From: Malacoraja senta
Lineage: Eukaryota
Length of the DNA: 64,000 nucleotides
Reading direction: 5' to 3'
Assembly (NCBI GenBank): GCA_038087875.1
Contig: CM075994.1
Location: forward strand, 2,482,001-2,546,000
The notes under the pieces: generated by a model
The model's input: the letters and a program-made list of their open reading frames with translations, nothing else
Database searches by the model: none
What the model was told of the DNA's origin: nothing
Shown here: one piece after another, positions 37,016-51,207 of the stretch
Position numbering within the stretch: position 1 is the stretch's first letter
Layout: the number at the start of each line of letters is the position of its first letter
Translations under genes and position numbers: made by a program

Positions 37016-40000
37016 GACAATAGGCAATAGGTGCAGGAGTAGGCCATTCAGCCCTTCGAGCCAGCACCGCCATTCAATGAGATCATGGCTGATCATCCCC
37101 AATCAGTACCCCGTTCCTGCCTTTTCCCCATATCCCGACTCCGCTATCTTTAAGAGCCCTATCCAGCTCTCTCTTGAAAGCATCCAGAGAACCGACCTCC
37201 ACCGCCCTCTGAGGCAGAGAATTCCATAGACTCACAACTCTCTGTGAGAAAAAGTGTTTCCTCGTCTCCGTTCTAAATGGCTTACCCCTTATTCTTAAAC
37301 TGTGGCCCCTGGTTCTGGACTCTCCCAACATCGGGAACATGTTTCCTGCCTCTAGCGTGTCCAAACCCTTAGCAGTCTTATATGTTTCAATAAGATAACC
37401 TCTCATCCTTCTAAACTCCAGAGTGTACAAGCCCAGCTGCTCCATTCTCTCAGCATATGACAGTCCCGCCATCCTGGGAATTAACCTTGTAAACCTACGC
37501 TGCACCCCCTCAATAGCAAGAATGTCCTTACTCAAATTAGGGGACCAATACTGCACACAATACTCCAGGTGTGGGCTCACTAGGGCTCTGTACAACTGCA
37601 GAAGGACCTCTTTGCTCCTATACTCAACTCTTGTTATAAAGGCCAACATGCCATTCGCTTTCTTCATTGCCTGCTGTACCTGCAAGCTTACTTTCATAGA
37701 CTGATGAACAAGGACCCCCAGATCCTGTTGTACTTCCCCTTTTTCCAACTTGACGCCATTTAGATAGTAATCTGCCTTCCTGTTTTTGCTACCAAAGTGG
37801 ATAACCTCACATTTCTCCACATTAAACTTTCTGCCATGCATCTGCCCACTCCCCCAACCTGTCCAAGTCACCCTGCATTCTCATAGCATCCTCCTCACAG
37901 TTCACACTGCCATCCAGCTTTGTGTCATCTGCAAATTTGCTAATGTTACTTTGAATCCCTTCATCCAAATCATTGATGTATATTGTAAATAGCTGCGGTC
38001 CCAGCTCCGAGCCTTGCGGTACCCCATTAGTCACTGCCTGCCATTCTGAAAGGGACCCGTTAATCCCCTCTCTGTTTCCTGTCTGCCAACCAATTTTCTA
38101 TCCATGTCAGCACTCTACCCCCAATACCATGTGCCCTAATTTTGCCCACTAATCTCCTATGTGTGACCTTATCAAATGCTTTCTGAAAGTCCAGGTGCAC
38201 AACATCCTCTCTCTCTTGTCCATTTTCTTAGTTACATCTTCAAAAAATTCCAGAAGATTAGTCAAGCATGATTTCCCCTTCGTAAATCCATGCTGACTCG
38301 GACCAATCCTGATACTGCTATCCAAATGTGCGGCTATTTCATCTTTTATAATTGACTCCAGCATCTTCCCCACCACCGATGTCAGGCTAACTGGTCTATA
38401 ATTCCCTGTTTTCTCTCTCCCGCCTTAAAAAGTGGGATAACATTAGCTACCCTCCAATCCACAGGAACTGATCCTGAGTCTATAGAACATTGGAAAATTA
38501 TCACCAATGCATCCACGATTTCTAGAGCCACTTCCTTAAGTACCCTGGGATGTAGACCATCAGGCCCTGGGAAATTTATCAGCCTTCAGTCCCATCAGTC
38601 TACCCAACACCATTTCCTGTCTAATGTGGATTTCCTTCAGTTCCTCAGTCACCCCAGATCCTCTGGCCACTACTATATCAGGAAGATTGTTTGTGTCCTC
38701 CTTCGTGAAGATGGATCCAAAGTACGTGTTCAACTCATCTGCCATTTCCTTGTTCCCCATAATAAATTCTCCTTTTTCGGTCTTCAAGGGTCCACCTTTG
38801 GTCTTAACTATATTTTTTCTCTTCACATACCCAAAGAAGCTTTTACTGTCCTCCTTTATATTCTTGGCTAGCTTACCTTCGTACCTCTTCTTTTCTCCCT
38901 GTATTGTCTTTTTAGTTATCTTCTGTTGCTCTTTATACATTACCCAATCCTCTTGCTTCCTGCTCATTTTTGCTACGTTATATTTCTCTTTTATTTTTAT
39001 ACTGTCCCTGACGTCCCTTGTCAGCCACGGTCGCCCTTTACTCCCCTTGGAATCTTTATTCCTCCTAGGAATGAACTGATCCTGCACCTTCTGTATTATT
39101 CCTAGAAATATCTGCCATTGTTGTTCCACTGTCATCCCTGCTAGTGTATCTTTCCAGTCATCTTTGGCCAGCTCCTCCCTCATGGCCCCATAGTCCCCTT
39201 TATTCAACTGTAACACTGACACCTCCGATCTACCCTTCTCCCTCCCCAATTGTAGATTAAACCTGACCATGTTATGGTCACTACTTTCTATTGGCTCATT
39301 AACCTCGAGGTCCTTTTAACAAATCCGGTTGATTACATAACACTAAATCCAGAATTGCCTTCTCCCTGGTAGGCTCCAATACAAGCTGCTCTAAGAATCC
39401 ATCACGAAGGCACTCTACAAAGTCCCTTTCTTGGGGTCCAGTACCAATCTGATTTTCCCAATCTACCTGCATGTTGAAAACTTCCATAACAACCACAGCA
39501 TTACTTTTGCTACATGCCAATTTTAACTCCTGATTCAACTTGCACCCTATGTCCAGGCTACTTTGGGGGCCTGTAGATAAGTCCAATTCGTTTTTTTTTA
39601 CCCTAACAATTCCTTAGTTCTATCCATACTGACTCCACATCTGCAAGGGACTGAATTTCATTCCTCACCAACAGAGCAACCCCACCCCCTCTGCCCACCT
39701 GTCTGTCTTTTCAATAGGAGGTATACCCTTGAATATTCAGTTTCCAGCCCTGGCCTTCCTGCAGCCATGACTCTGTAATTCCCACAACATCATACTTGCC
39801 AATTTCTAACAGCCTCAAGCTTGTCCACTTTATTTCTTATACTTCGCGCATTCATATACAACACTTTGACCTCCGTATTCACGTCCCCCCTCGCACCGCT
39901 TGCAATTGTCCCTGACCTTACTCTTTTATCCCTTCTCGAAGTTTCCTTCCCATTAATTCGAGAATCTTTTGTAATTTTTCCTGTAGTCACTTCCCCTTCA

Positions 40001-40245
40001 ACTCCATCTTTATACTCCCAATTTGTCAATCCCTCCCCCCCCCACTATTTAGTTTAAACCCACACGTGTAGACCTAGCAAACCTGCCTGCCAGAATGTCA
40101 GTCCCCCTCCAGTTAAGGTGTAACCCGTCCCTTTTGTACAGGTCACCGCTACCCCAGAAGAGATCCCAGTGGTCTATAAATCTAAATCTTTGCTCCCTGC
40201 TCCAGCCCCTCAGCCATACATTCAGATCCCCTTGTCTTTGGTCCC
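37016..40245 (-). mobile_element. CR1 LINE (nearly complete ORF2) inserted in the older CR1
   Basis: YMNARSIRNKVD endonuclease start near 39860; RT ORFs 37083-39270; 3' tail at 37016-37040. Confidence 0.88.
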
Positions 40246-40894
40246 CTTCAGGACCTTTGTCTCTGAATTAACTGTGTCACTCCCCATCTTAATGCAGAAT
40301 TCTACCATATTATGGTCACTGTTGCTCAAGGGTCTTTGCACAACAAGATTGCTAACTCATCCTTCCTCATTACACAATACCCAGTCTAGGATGGCCTGCC
40401 CTCTAGTTGGTTCCTCTACATATTGACTTAGAAAACCATCCCCGTATACACTCCAGGAAATCCTCCTCAGTGTTGTTACCAATTAGGTTAGCCCAATCTA
40501 TATGTAGATTAAAGTCACCCATGATAACTGCTGTAACTTTGCTACACGTATCCCTAATTTCCAGTTTGATGCTATCCCCAACCTCACTACTGCTTTTTGG
40601 TGGTCTGTGCATAACTCCAACAAGCATTTTCTGCTCTTGGCTATTTCACAGTTCTACCCTTACAGATTCTACAGCATCCAAGCTAATGACTCTCCTTACT
40701 ATCCTTCCTGAACATTGAATACCCCTGCATGTTGAGCCACCAGCCTTAGTCACCCTGGAGCCATGTCTCCGTAATCCCAACTATATCATATCCTAACTAA
40801 CAACTAACTGCGCATACAATTCATCCACCTTATTATGAACGCTCTTCGCATTAAGGCACAAAGCTTTCAGGTTTGTTTTAACATTCTTAGCCCT

Positions 40895-42410
40895 TATTGA
40901 AATAGTGGACGCATTGGTGATCATTTTCCAATGTTCAATAGATTCAGGATCAGTTCCTGTGGATTTGAGGGTAGCTAATGTTATCCCACTTTCCAAGAAA
41001 GGAGCGAGAGAGAAAACGGGGAATTACAGACCAGTTAGCCTGACTTCGGTGGTGGGAAAGATGTTGGAGTCAATTATTAAAGAGGTAATAATGGGGCATT
41101 TGGATAGCAGTAAAAGGATTAGTCCAAGTCAACATGGATTTATGAATGGGAAATCATGCTTGACTAATCTTCTGGAATTTTTTGAGGATGTGACAAATAA
41201 AATGGATGAAGAGGAGCCAGTAGATGTAGTATATCTAGACTTTCAGAAAGCCTTTGATAAGGTCCCGCACGGGAGACTGGTGAATAAAATTAGAGCACAT
41301 GGTATTGGGGGTAGGGTGTTGACATGGATAGAAAATTGGTTGGCAGACAGGAAGCAAAGAGTAGGAGCGAACGGGTCCTTTTCAGAATGGCAGGCAGTGG
41401 CGAGTGGAGTACCGCAAAGTTCAGTGTTGGGGCCGCAACTGTTTACCATATATATTAATGATTTGGATGAGGGAATTAGGAGCAACACTAGCAAGTTTGC
41501 GGATGACACATAGCTGGGTGGCAGTGTGAACTGTGAAGAGGATGTTAGGAGGTTGCAGGGTGACCTGGACAGGTTGAGTGAGTGGGCAGATGCATGGCAG
41601 ATGCAGTATAATATAGATAAATGTGAGGTTATCCACTTTGGCAGCAAAAACAAGGGGGCAGATAATTATCTCAATGGGGTTAGGTTAGGTAAGGGGGAGG
41701 TGCAGCGAGACTTGGGTGTCCTTGTACACCAGTCACTGAAAGTTGGCGTGCAGGTACAGCAGGCAGTGAAGAAAGCTAATGGAATGTTGGCTTTCATAAC
41801 AAGAGGATTTCAGTAAAGGAGTAAGGTTCTTCTGCAGTTGTATAGGGCTCATCTGGAGTATTGTGTACAGTTTTGGTCTCCTAATTTGAGGAAGGACATC
41901 CTTGTGATTGAGGCAGTGCAGCGTAGGTTCACGAGATTGATCCCTGGGATGGCGGGACTGTCATATGAGGAAAGATTGAAAAGACTAGGCTTGTATTCAC
42001 TGGAGTTTAGAAGGATGATGGGGAATCTTATAGAAACATATAAAATTATAAAAGGACTGGACAAGCTAGATGCAGGAAAAATGTTCCCAATGTTGGGCAA
42101 GTCCAGAACCAGGGGCCAGTCTTAAAATAAAGGGGAGGCCATTTAAGACTGAGGTGAGAAAAAACGTTTTCACCCAGAGAGTTGTGAATTTGTGGAATTC
42201 CCTGCCACAGGGGGCAGTGGAGGCCAAATCACTGAATGGATTTAAAGGAGAGTTAGATAGAGCTCCAGGGGCTAGTGGAATCAAGGGATATGGGGAGAAG
42301 GCAGGCACGGGTTATTGATTGGGGACGATCAGCCATGATCACAATGAATGGCGGTGCTGGCTCGAAGGGCCGAATGGCCTCCTCCTGCACCTATTTTCTA
42401 TGTTTCTATA
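40895..42410 (+). mobile_element. CR1 LINE 3' half, opposite orientation, inserted in the older CR1
   Basis: [36 protein letters not shown]; tail ttctatgtttctat. Confidence 0.9.
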
Positions 42411-43763
42411 TTTCTTTGATGTAATGTGGCCCTTTTTGATTTTTGCCGTTGATCTCTCGGCCTTCCACTTCCATTTTTACTTTTCTCCCTTGTACCTTTT
42501 GCTTCTGCCCTCATTTTACGGCCCTCTGTCTTCCTGCATTGGTTCCCATCCCCCTGCAATATTAGTTTAAACTAGCAAACTAACTAGCAAACACTCCCCC
42601 GTGGACATCGGTTCCAGTCCAGCCCAGATGAAGACTGTCCGGTTTGTACTGCTCCCACCTCTCCCAGAACCGGTTCTAATGCCTCAGGAATATGAATCCC
42701 TCCCCCTTGCACCATCTCTCAAGCCACGTATTCATCTGAAATATCCTCTAATTTCTACTCTTACAAGCACGTGGCACTGGTAGTCCAGAGATTATTTCCT
42801 TTGAGGTCCTACTTTTTAATTTATCTCTCAACTCCCTAAATTCGCTTTGTAGGACCGCATCCCGTTGTTTACCTGTCGTTGATACCTACGTGCAGCACAA
42901 CAACTGGCTGTTCGTCCTCCCCCTGCAGAATGCCCTGCAGCCACTCAAGATAGCCTTGACTCTTGCACCAGGGAGGCAACATACCAGTCTGGAGTCTCTT
43001 TTGCACTGCAATTCCCCTTACAATGGAACCCCCTATCACTATAGCTCTCCCACTCTTTTTCCTGCCCACCTGTGCAGCAGAGCCCTCCATGGTGCCATGA
43101 ACTTGGTTGCTGCTGCCTTCCCCTGATAGGCCATTTCCCCCAACAGTATCCAATCTGTTTTGGAGGGAAATTGCTGTAGGGGACTCCTGCACTACCTGCC
43201 CTCTCTTGGGCTATCTGGTGGTCATCCATTCTCTCTGCCTGAGCAACCTTCACCTGCGGTGACCAACTCACTAAACGTGCTATCCACGAACCCTCAGCAT
43301 CGCGGACGCTCCAAAGTGGATGCATGCGCAGTTCCAGCACCGCATCGAGGCTTGCCAGGAGCTGCAGCTGGACACACTTCCCGCACACATAGTCGTCAGG
43401 GACACTGGAAGCATCTCTGATTTCCCACATTGCACAGGAGGAGCATACCACGGTGCTGTGCTGCCATGATATAACCTTTAATTTAAGTTAAATTAAATCA
43501 AACTAGTTTCACTGGGGATTTATTTTACTCAACACTTCTCACACGGCCCTATCTCTGCCTAGATCACTAAATTGCAAAGTAGTGTAAAAAGGAAAGGAAT
43601 TACATACATAAACCTACTTACCAATCAGCCGATCCCCCTTTGCGACTTAACCGTTAAATTTAAATCAAATCCCAGTAGTCTCCTCACCTCAGCCTCCTCG
43701 CTGAAGATTCCTGAGCCAAAGACTTACACTTTACCTCCAAGGACTCCTGAGCCAAAGACTAAT

Positions 43764-44370
43764 GCCCCTGTCCCACAAGCGATTTTTTTCAGCGACTACA
43801 GGCGACGGCTGTTTTCACACGGTCGCGGGGTGACGCCTGTATGGTCGTGAGTAGTCTCCTCAAGTCGCCTAAAGAGTCGTAACGTTTTTCTGGTCGCCGC
43901 TGGATTCTGAAATGTTCAAAACTTTTCGGCGACTGTGGGCTTGACGTAGCTTGTCATCTCCTGTTGTATGTGCTGTCGTAGGTTGTCGCCAGGATGACGC
44001 AGGTTGTCGCCAGGTGACGTTGGTTGTCGCCGGGTGCTGACTTCGGCGAATTCCATTGGCGACTACCTACGTCAACCTGCGACAGGTACCGGCGACTGAA
44101 TTATCTTTAGTTGCCGCCGACAGGGCCATTGCTTGCCGTAGCTTGTCGTGGGTGGACGTAGATTGACTTCGGTTGTCGCCTGTGTGGTCTTAGGTGTGGT
44201 CGTAGGTGGACGTCCTAAGTTGCGACGATTGGGTTGTCGGTAGCTTGACGTCGAATAGGTGGTAGGTTGTCGTAGACATTGTCGTAGGGGGAGGTCCTGT
44301 CACCGCTTTTTCGGCGACCTGCTACGACTGTGACAGTCGCCGAAAAAAATCGCCTAAGTGGGACGGGCCC
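43764..44370. mobile_element. Non-autonomous PIF/Harbinger-ISL2EU-like MITE (607 bp)
   Basis: About 35-bp imperfect TIRs (GCCCCTGTCCCAC..GCGATTTTTTTCAGCGAC / GTCGCCGAAAAAAATCGCCTAAGTGGGACGGGCCC); AT on both sides; CpG-rich internal gtcgcc/gtcgta repeats. Confidence 0.75.
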
Positions 44371-44768
44371 ATTAGTTTACCTCCCAAGGCACTTCACCTT
44401 AACAAGGCCACTCCCAACAGGCCACTCCACACGACCTAGCCCTACTTTTAATTGCTAATCAATGAACTAATTTAGATGTCCTAATCCCCGCACTCACTCC
44501 AACTGCTGCTCCTCTGCCGACCTTGAAATTAAGTGTTTCAGGCTGTCCCTGACTGGCTTTTTTAATTTCCCGCACTGAAAAACTCACCAAGGGATTACCT
44601 TGTTGCAGCCAATAAGGTTGCATCCTAGTTTAACTACATCCTGTCCAAAGTTGGCCACTGCTTTTATGTACGGTAAGTATATTGCCTGGCGATCACAGTT
44701 CTCGGGGAAAGAAACCTGTTGTAACCTGGGGACGATCTGTCAGGGTAAACTTGAAAAAAAAGAGGATT

Positions 44769-45042
44769 GTGTAGGAAGGAACTGCAGATGCTGGTTTAAA
44801 CTGAAGATAGACATAAAAGGCTGGAGTAACCTGGCGGGTCAGATAGCATTTCTGGAGAAAAGGAATAGGTGACTGCAGTCTGAAGAAGGATCTCGACCTG
44901 AAACATCACCTATTCCTTTTCTCCAGAGATGCTGCCTAACCCACTGAGTCTAAGAAGGGTCTCGGCCCGAAACGTCACCGATTCTTTTTCTCCAGAGATG
45001 CTGCCTGACCCACTGAGTTACTCCAGCTTTTTGTGTATATCT
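44769..45042. mobile_element. Penelope pLTR fold-back with two tandem hammerhead-like cores
   Basis: Inverted arm 44769-44873, then cores near 44880 and 44950, each with mismatches to consensus. Confidence 0.75.
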
Positions 45043-45565
45043 TGAATGTCTGAAATAAAGGACTACACTATCAGACCAAAATAAGGACAAACAGGGAGAG
45101 GTTTAAATGGAACCAGAACACCATGGACTGGTTGTTTCGAGCCTGAACATTCTACATTAGCAGCAAGCACGGTTAGATCTACTATTTTTAACCTCATGGA
45201 CACCAGCAGTGATTTTATAAAATAAATTCATTCCATTTCTTTTCAGGATGTATTGCAATTAAAGATCATGTTAAGTCCGTCTATATTCTCTCCAGGCTGG
45301 AACTACTGATTTTTGCATCACAGTCCTTAATATTTCTATTAAAAAGTTAGTTGAACAGAATTAGTTGAATAGTTATTACAGTAGATAACAGGATAAAGTA
45401 GTTTGGGTTTCATTCCACAATTGTGCCAATTTTGTGCAGGGTCTATAATTTTCAGTGTTGTAATATTGTATATTATTTTAGTATATTGGATGCGAGTTCA
45501 TTGCAACATCATGTGCGCTGGAGAATCAGAGCTTGGTTTCAGAAGTGGGATCGCATTTCATTTAA

Positions 45566-45781
<216 letters not shown>

Positions 45782-46008
45782 AATCTTGACTACTACCAGA
45801 TACCATATTCAACCTCCATTCAAAGACCATGACTGTGAAGCACGATATGGTGTATTGTGTGCACCTACAGTACACCTTTTGACCAATGCAACATCTCCAC
45901 TTCAGTATTACTTTGATGCCAACAATTTTAATTTTTTCGTGCCATTCTTTAATTCTATGTTGCATAAAAAGAAACAAGTAACATTGTTTTCATTGTATAT
46001 TATTTTAA

Positions 46009-46014
46009 AATAAA
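46009..46014 (+). terminator. Probable DYNLT1 polyadenylation signal AATAAA
   Basis: AATAAA about 230 nt after the stop codon in an AT-rich 3'UTR. Confidence 0.65.
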
Positions 46015-48737
46015 TATGGAATGTTTAACTTAAACCTTGTTTCATCTTTCAATGTGTTCAGTACAAACCTTCAGAAATTCTTTCTCTGCGCTACTTGGGA
46101 TCCTAAGTTCTACTTTGCTGTAGCTGTACATGAACAGTGCAGCTGAGGATTAGAGAAAGAATAGCTCACAAGAGCTTGAACAGGACTCGGATGATGAGTT
46201 TGTCAGTGTTTACTTATTCACTATACTCCTGCTAGAGACCATGCATGGCATTTCCAGTATAGGAGTGCTCAGCATTCCATTAACAGGGATGTCTCCCAAC
46301 TGTCTCCACAAAATATTTCAGTCACTGGCAGGTCAAACCAATGTCCATTCCTCAATCAATATTCCCAATGTTGAAACTTCAGTTACCTAGTAGCCAATTT
46401 CCAAAACCCACTATGCCTCATCCGCTGAGTTTCTCCAGCATTTTTGTCTACCTTCAATTTTCCAGCATCTGCAGTTCCTTCTTAAACTATTCCTTGCTCT
46501 GTCAATGGGAAGAGATTACCAGGCAAACAGAAAAAGTAGTGGTCAAAGTTTAAACAATCCAACAATTCTACTGGGAATTAATGGCTTGCAATCACTCAAA
46601 GTGGAGGAGTAGCTTTGTGATTGTACCGAGGACGTCAAGGCCATGCGCAAGGAGGGCACTACCATACAAATGGTCCAACTTTGTTTTCCATGGAAAAGGC
46701 AGACCAGAGGTTTGACAGAAATGTATATGAGGTGACTGCTAAAAGGACAATGAGAGCTTTAAAATGGTTGAGGACTAAAGGGAAAGTGAATCAAGTGACA
46801 AGGATAATCTTGAGTCTGGAAAGCACTGCTTGCAAATGTGATGGTGAAGTGTTCCTTGTGGCCAACAAGAATCTACCAGTATCTAAGGTACCTATTATTT
46901 GTAAACCAGCATCTGCAGTTCCTTGTTTTTACAATGCATCACATTCGTGCTCAATAATCTTACAGCATAGTAGGATCAACACTTCAGATGTCTCGATTAA
47001 TCATAGCACGACCTTTGTCATCATTAATAAATACTGATTCAAAAAGTACAAAAAAATTGAATGTTTATAATTGTCATTTTATTCATAACAATTTCTTACA
47101 TTATCCTCAATTGACAAATCAATAAAATCATGCTTGACTTTAAAATGAGTTACTTTTATTAGAATATCTCCATAGATCTGTACATTGACATTGGAATACT
47201 CACAGCTCCAGCTGATGTGCATTGGCATTATGATCTATTATAAATATCAAGTTCATATTTTTGCAAACACACAAACTGAAATTAAACAGTAAAACACCAT
47301 TAATTCGTAAAAACTTGTGCTAAAACGTAAGAGAGCATTTCAAGAAAAATTGTAAGGATGTTAAAAAAAAAATGTTTTGCAGATTTTGCAAAGTATGTAC
47401 TGGTCTCAAATGTCAAGTTTAAATTTTTTTTAAATAATTACATTAAGCTTTTACGATGACCCATAGGAATCCAAGGACAAGAAAAGAGGTTTAAAAAGTA
47501 GATGCAGAATTGCCAGTGTAATGAGGTAATGGAGGACTGAGACAATAGGAGATTCCCTAGATGTTGTTTATTCTGCTGCTCTTTTAACCTAGAAAAATCA
47601 GTGCTGATCCTCATTCATTACAGAGTATTTTAGCAGTGGATATGTTGAATAGGATAGTATCATTTGACACTAATCTTCTAATCAATATGTGATTCAACAG
47701 TTTACAACAATGGTAGAACTTTCACCTCAATCGGTAAGTTATAGTTTTAACCTTCGCCCCATGGCCAACTCAGTCTAATTGAGGGAGTTTGGCGTCATTT
47801 GGTCGCCTGTAGATGATTCTTTGAACTGAAGTGCAGAATGATTAAATGAGGACCAGTAGTGTATTGTCTTGGTCGTATCTCATTTGCTCAATGCAACTAC
47901 AACACATTCAGTGATTTAAACTTAATACTGTGGGAGGAATCAGAATGGTTATGGTGCAGGAGTGGGTCCATCACAACTCACTCAATGTCAGAGCTTGTGC
48001 CATCAACCCCGCCCCCCTCCCAAATTCTATCCTTTCAGATACCATTTGAACTCAAGAACCAAATCTACCTCCTTACTCCTCCAGAACTGCATTCAAACCC
48101 AGTCACTCAACGCACAAAAAAATATTCCTTTTGGCCCTCTTGGTTCTTTTGCCATTATCTTCATTCTATACCTCTCGTTCTTGATTCTTCGTCCATTAGT
48201 ACATATAAACTTTAGTTTAGTTTAGAGATAGAGCGGAAACAGGCCCTTTGGCCCACCAAGCACTATCCTACACATTAGGGACAATTTACAATTTTTAACC
48301 AAAGCCAATTAACTTACAAACCTCTTTGGAGTGTGGAAGGAAACCGGAGTGCCAGGAAAAAACCCCACAGAGAGAACTTACTAACTCCGTACAGACAGCA
48401 CCCGTAGTCGGATCGAACCCGGGTCTCTGGCACTGTAAGGCAGCAACTCTGCCGCTGCACCGCTCCCTACTGTTCCTTAGTCCGACATTTAATTATTTTT
48501 AACACCTTTATTGGATCTCCCGCTATCTCCTCTGATTCAAGAACAACCACAAAACCAAAGTCCCTCACACCTTTAATCATTCCACAGCTTCAGTGCCCAA
48601 AATGGATGTTGCATTAGCCCAATCAATAAATAATAGCCCAATAAGACATCTAAATGCAGTTTATAAAAACATCAGAGACCATCAAGGACTGCAAGAAAAA
48701 GGGAGGATTGTATCTACATATATTCCAGTAACTAAGC

Positions 48738-48850
48738 CAGGGCTGCCAACATTGGGTGAGAGTTGGGAGTGAGAAACTGTGAGAGACCAAGCCCGAGGGA
48801 GCGTAGCGTAGCGACCGAGGGTGGGGGGAGGGTGTGGGAGGGGGGTAACC
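48738..48850 (+). mobile_element. hAT-like element left terminus (homologous terminus at about 9770-9904 on minus)
   Basis: CAGGGCTGCCAACATTGGGTGAGAGTTGGGAGT...; near-identical reverse complement at 9840-9904. Confidence 0.6.
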
Positions 48851-51207
48851 TGGGTCTCACTGCACACCTGGTACTACTCCTGACCCTGACTCCAGTTGCA
48901 TACCTGCACTCATTCCTGACCCTGAGACCTACCTTACACCTGGCCCCCTATTCTACCCTGATCATAGCGGCTTACCTGCTTAGGTTCCCAGTGCTGAACA
49001 CTCCCATTGTCCCAGCTTTGACTGCACACCTAGTACTATTCCAGTCCTTGACTCTGGATGCACACTTGGACTTGCTCCTAGCCCCTCTGCACTGACAATA
49101 TATCTGGCCCACAAATAAAGCCCCATATCTGACCCCCTGGACTTAACCTATTACGTTCAAGTCCACAGGTGCTTATCTAATGCGGTAATCTTTTATGGGG
49201 CACTTCACAGACCAAATTTTGTATAACAAAATTTGCTACATCCATTGGCTTCCTTGTTATCTAACATGCTAGTTACTTTGTCAACAAAGTCATCAATTGG
49301 TTGAACACAATTTCTCATCCATAAAATTATACTCACTCAGCTGTATAAGTATTCTCTGAACATTTCCTTCATTTTCCTAACAAACTGTCCTGAAGTCATT
49401 CTCACCCCTAATATTTTCGGTATTTTGCTGTCTTCCTCTCAGCTGGGACTTTTCCAAAATGCAAAGTCCAATAACTATATATTTAAGCAATATTATTCTA
49501 CTAAATGTGATCTTGAGAGTACATAATATTTTCTGTGGTCTTCATAACACAACAATCATAAAAAAGATCTTTGTTTTGATTGCACCAACCAACATGCATA
49601 CATTATTATATTACAGTTAATATGTACCGAGTGCAAATTTTTGTTCCAATGCTCCCCATTCCCAATTACTTTTACATTGAAGTGATTGAAATCCAAATGA
49701 AGTTTAAATGGCATCAGAAAAATAAAACCTCCGGAATGGATGATATTCATTACGTGGTTGGTTGGAGTCAGTATCAGCACAATTACTATATTAAACTTTG
49801 AATCTTCAGATGTCCTGGTTCAAGCTAAAACTAAAGACAAATAATAACCTCCTCACACATTCCCCTGCAAGTATCTCTGTCACTCCTTTAAAATATGCCC
49901 CTTCTTTGAACAGGCTCTTTAACATCGCATCTGAATCAGTTTCCATCTGATTACACTCCTTGAGGATGTTCATCTGCGTGTTCAATTAATAAAACAACGA
50001 AATTGGGGACATTTCTATTCAACCTGTCAAAGGAATTTAGTGGGGGGGGGGGGTTTAGAAATAGTCAGTGAGGTAAACAAACATAATAGTTGAGTGGCAA
50101 ATGACAATAGTGCTACCTTCCCAATGTTTAACTGAAGGAAATAATGGGTTATCAGGGCTGTATGTTGTGTCAGACAGCCTGACACCTTGCATGTCATTTT
50201 AATATTACACTTATCCCATCCCCCTGGATATTCCAGATTAATAAATTAAGGTTTTGTCAACTAATTACAAATCAGGCTAATTACAAATCAATAACATTAG
50301 CCAACTCCGAAACACGAAGGGCTGAGCATTGGGATCCAGACATCACGGACAACTGGCCACAGTTCCCCCACCCACGGTAGGTACTTTTTGATATATTAAA
50401 ATCATCTTTCAGTGCATTGTAGAAGAATGATTTCAATGATTTTTGTTTGGAGTATTTTTAAGAGGTAACTTTTTAAGGGGTAACTTTTTCCCCCCAAAGG
50501 GTGGTGGGTGTATGGAACAAGCTGCCAGAGGAGGTAGTTGAGGCAGGGACTATCCCAACATTTAAGAAACAGTTAGACTGATACATGGATAGGACAGGTT
50601 TGGAGGGATATGGACCAAAAGCAGGTAGTGTAGCTGGGACATGTTGGCAGGTGTGGGCAAGTTGCGCCGAAAGGCCTATTTTCACACTGTATTATATGAC
50701 TACATTATACCTCCACCATGCATGAATGCTTCCAAATCAAGTGGTCAAGTTTTATTGCCATATACTCAAGCATAGAAACATAGAAAATAAGTGCAGGAAT
50801 AGGCCATTCGGCCCTTTGAGCCAGCACTGCCATTCAATATGATCATGGCTGTTCATCTAAAATCAGTACTTCTTTCCTGTTTTTTCCCCATATCCCTTGA
50901 TTTCGCTAGCCCCAAGAGCTAAATGTAACTATCTTTTGAAAATATCCAGTGAATTGGCCTCCACTGCCTTCTGTGGCAGAGAATTCCACAGATTCACAAC
51001 TCTCTGCGTGAAGAAAGTTTGTCCTCATCTCAGTCCTACCCTTTATTCTTAAACTGTGACCCCCTGGTTCTGAACTCCAACATCGGGAATTTTTTTCTTG
51101 CAGTTACAGTAAGTGAAAATCTAGCAGGCAAGCAGAATGCTTTCTCCAACCACCCCTATTTGAAGGCCACTATCTTCCACCGTTTATACCCAGTGCTTGG
51201 TACTTAC

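Larger units (their letters stand above)
34945..43500 (-). mobile_element. Nested CR1 stack: older full-length CR1 (ORF1 about 42870-43470; ORF2 pieces 40245-40890 and 34945-37015) interrupted by two younger CR1s
   Basis: ORF1 CxxC zinc finger (MVCSSCAMWE...CGKC) and esterase-like RAIVIGGSIVRG; endonuclease LCLNAKS, MGDFN; RT SPGPDG, QHGF, KFADDTK. Confidence 0.85.
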
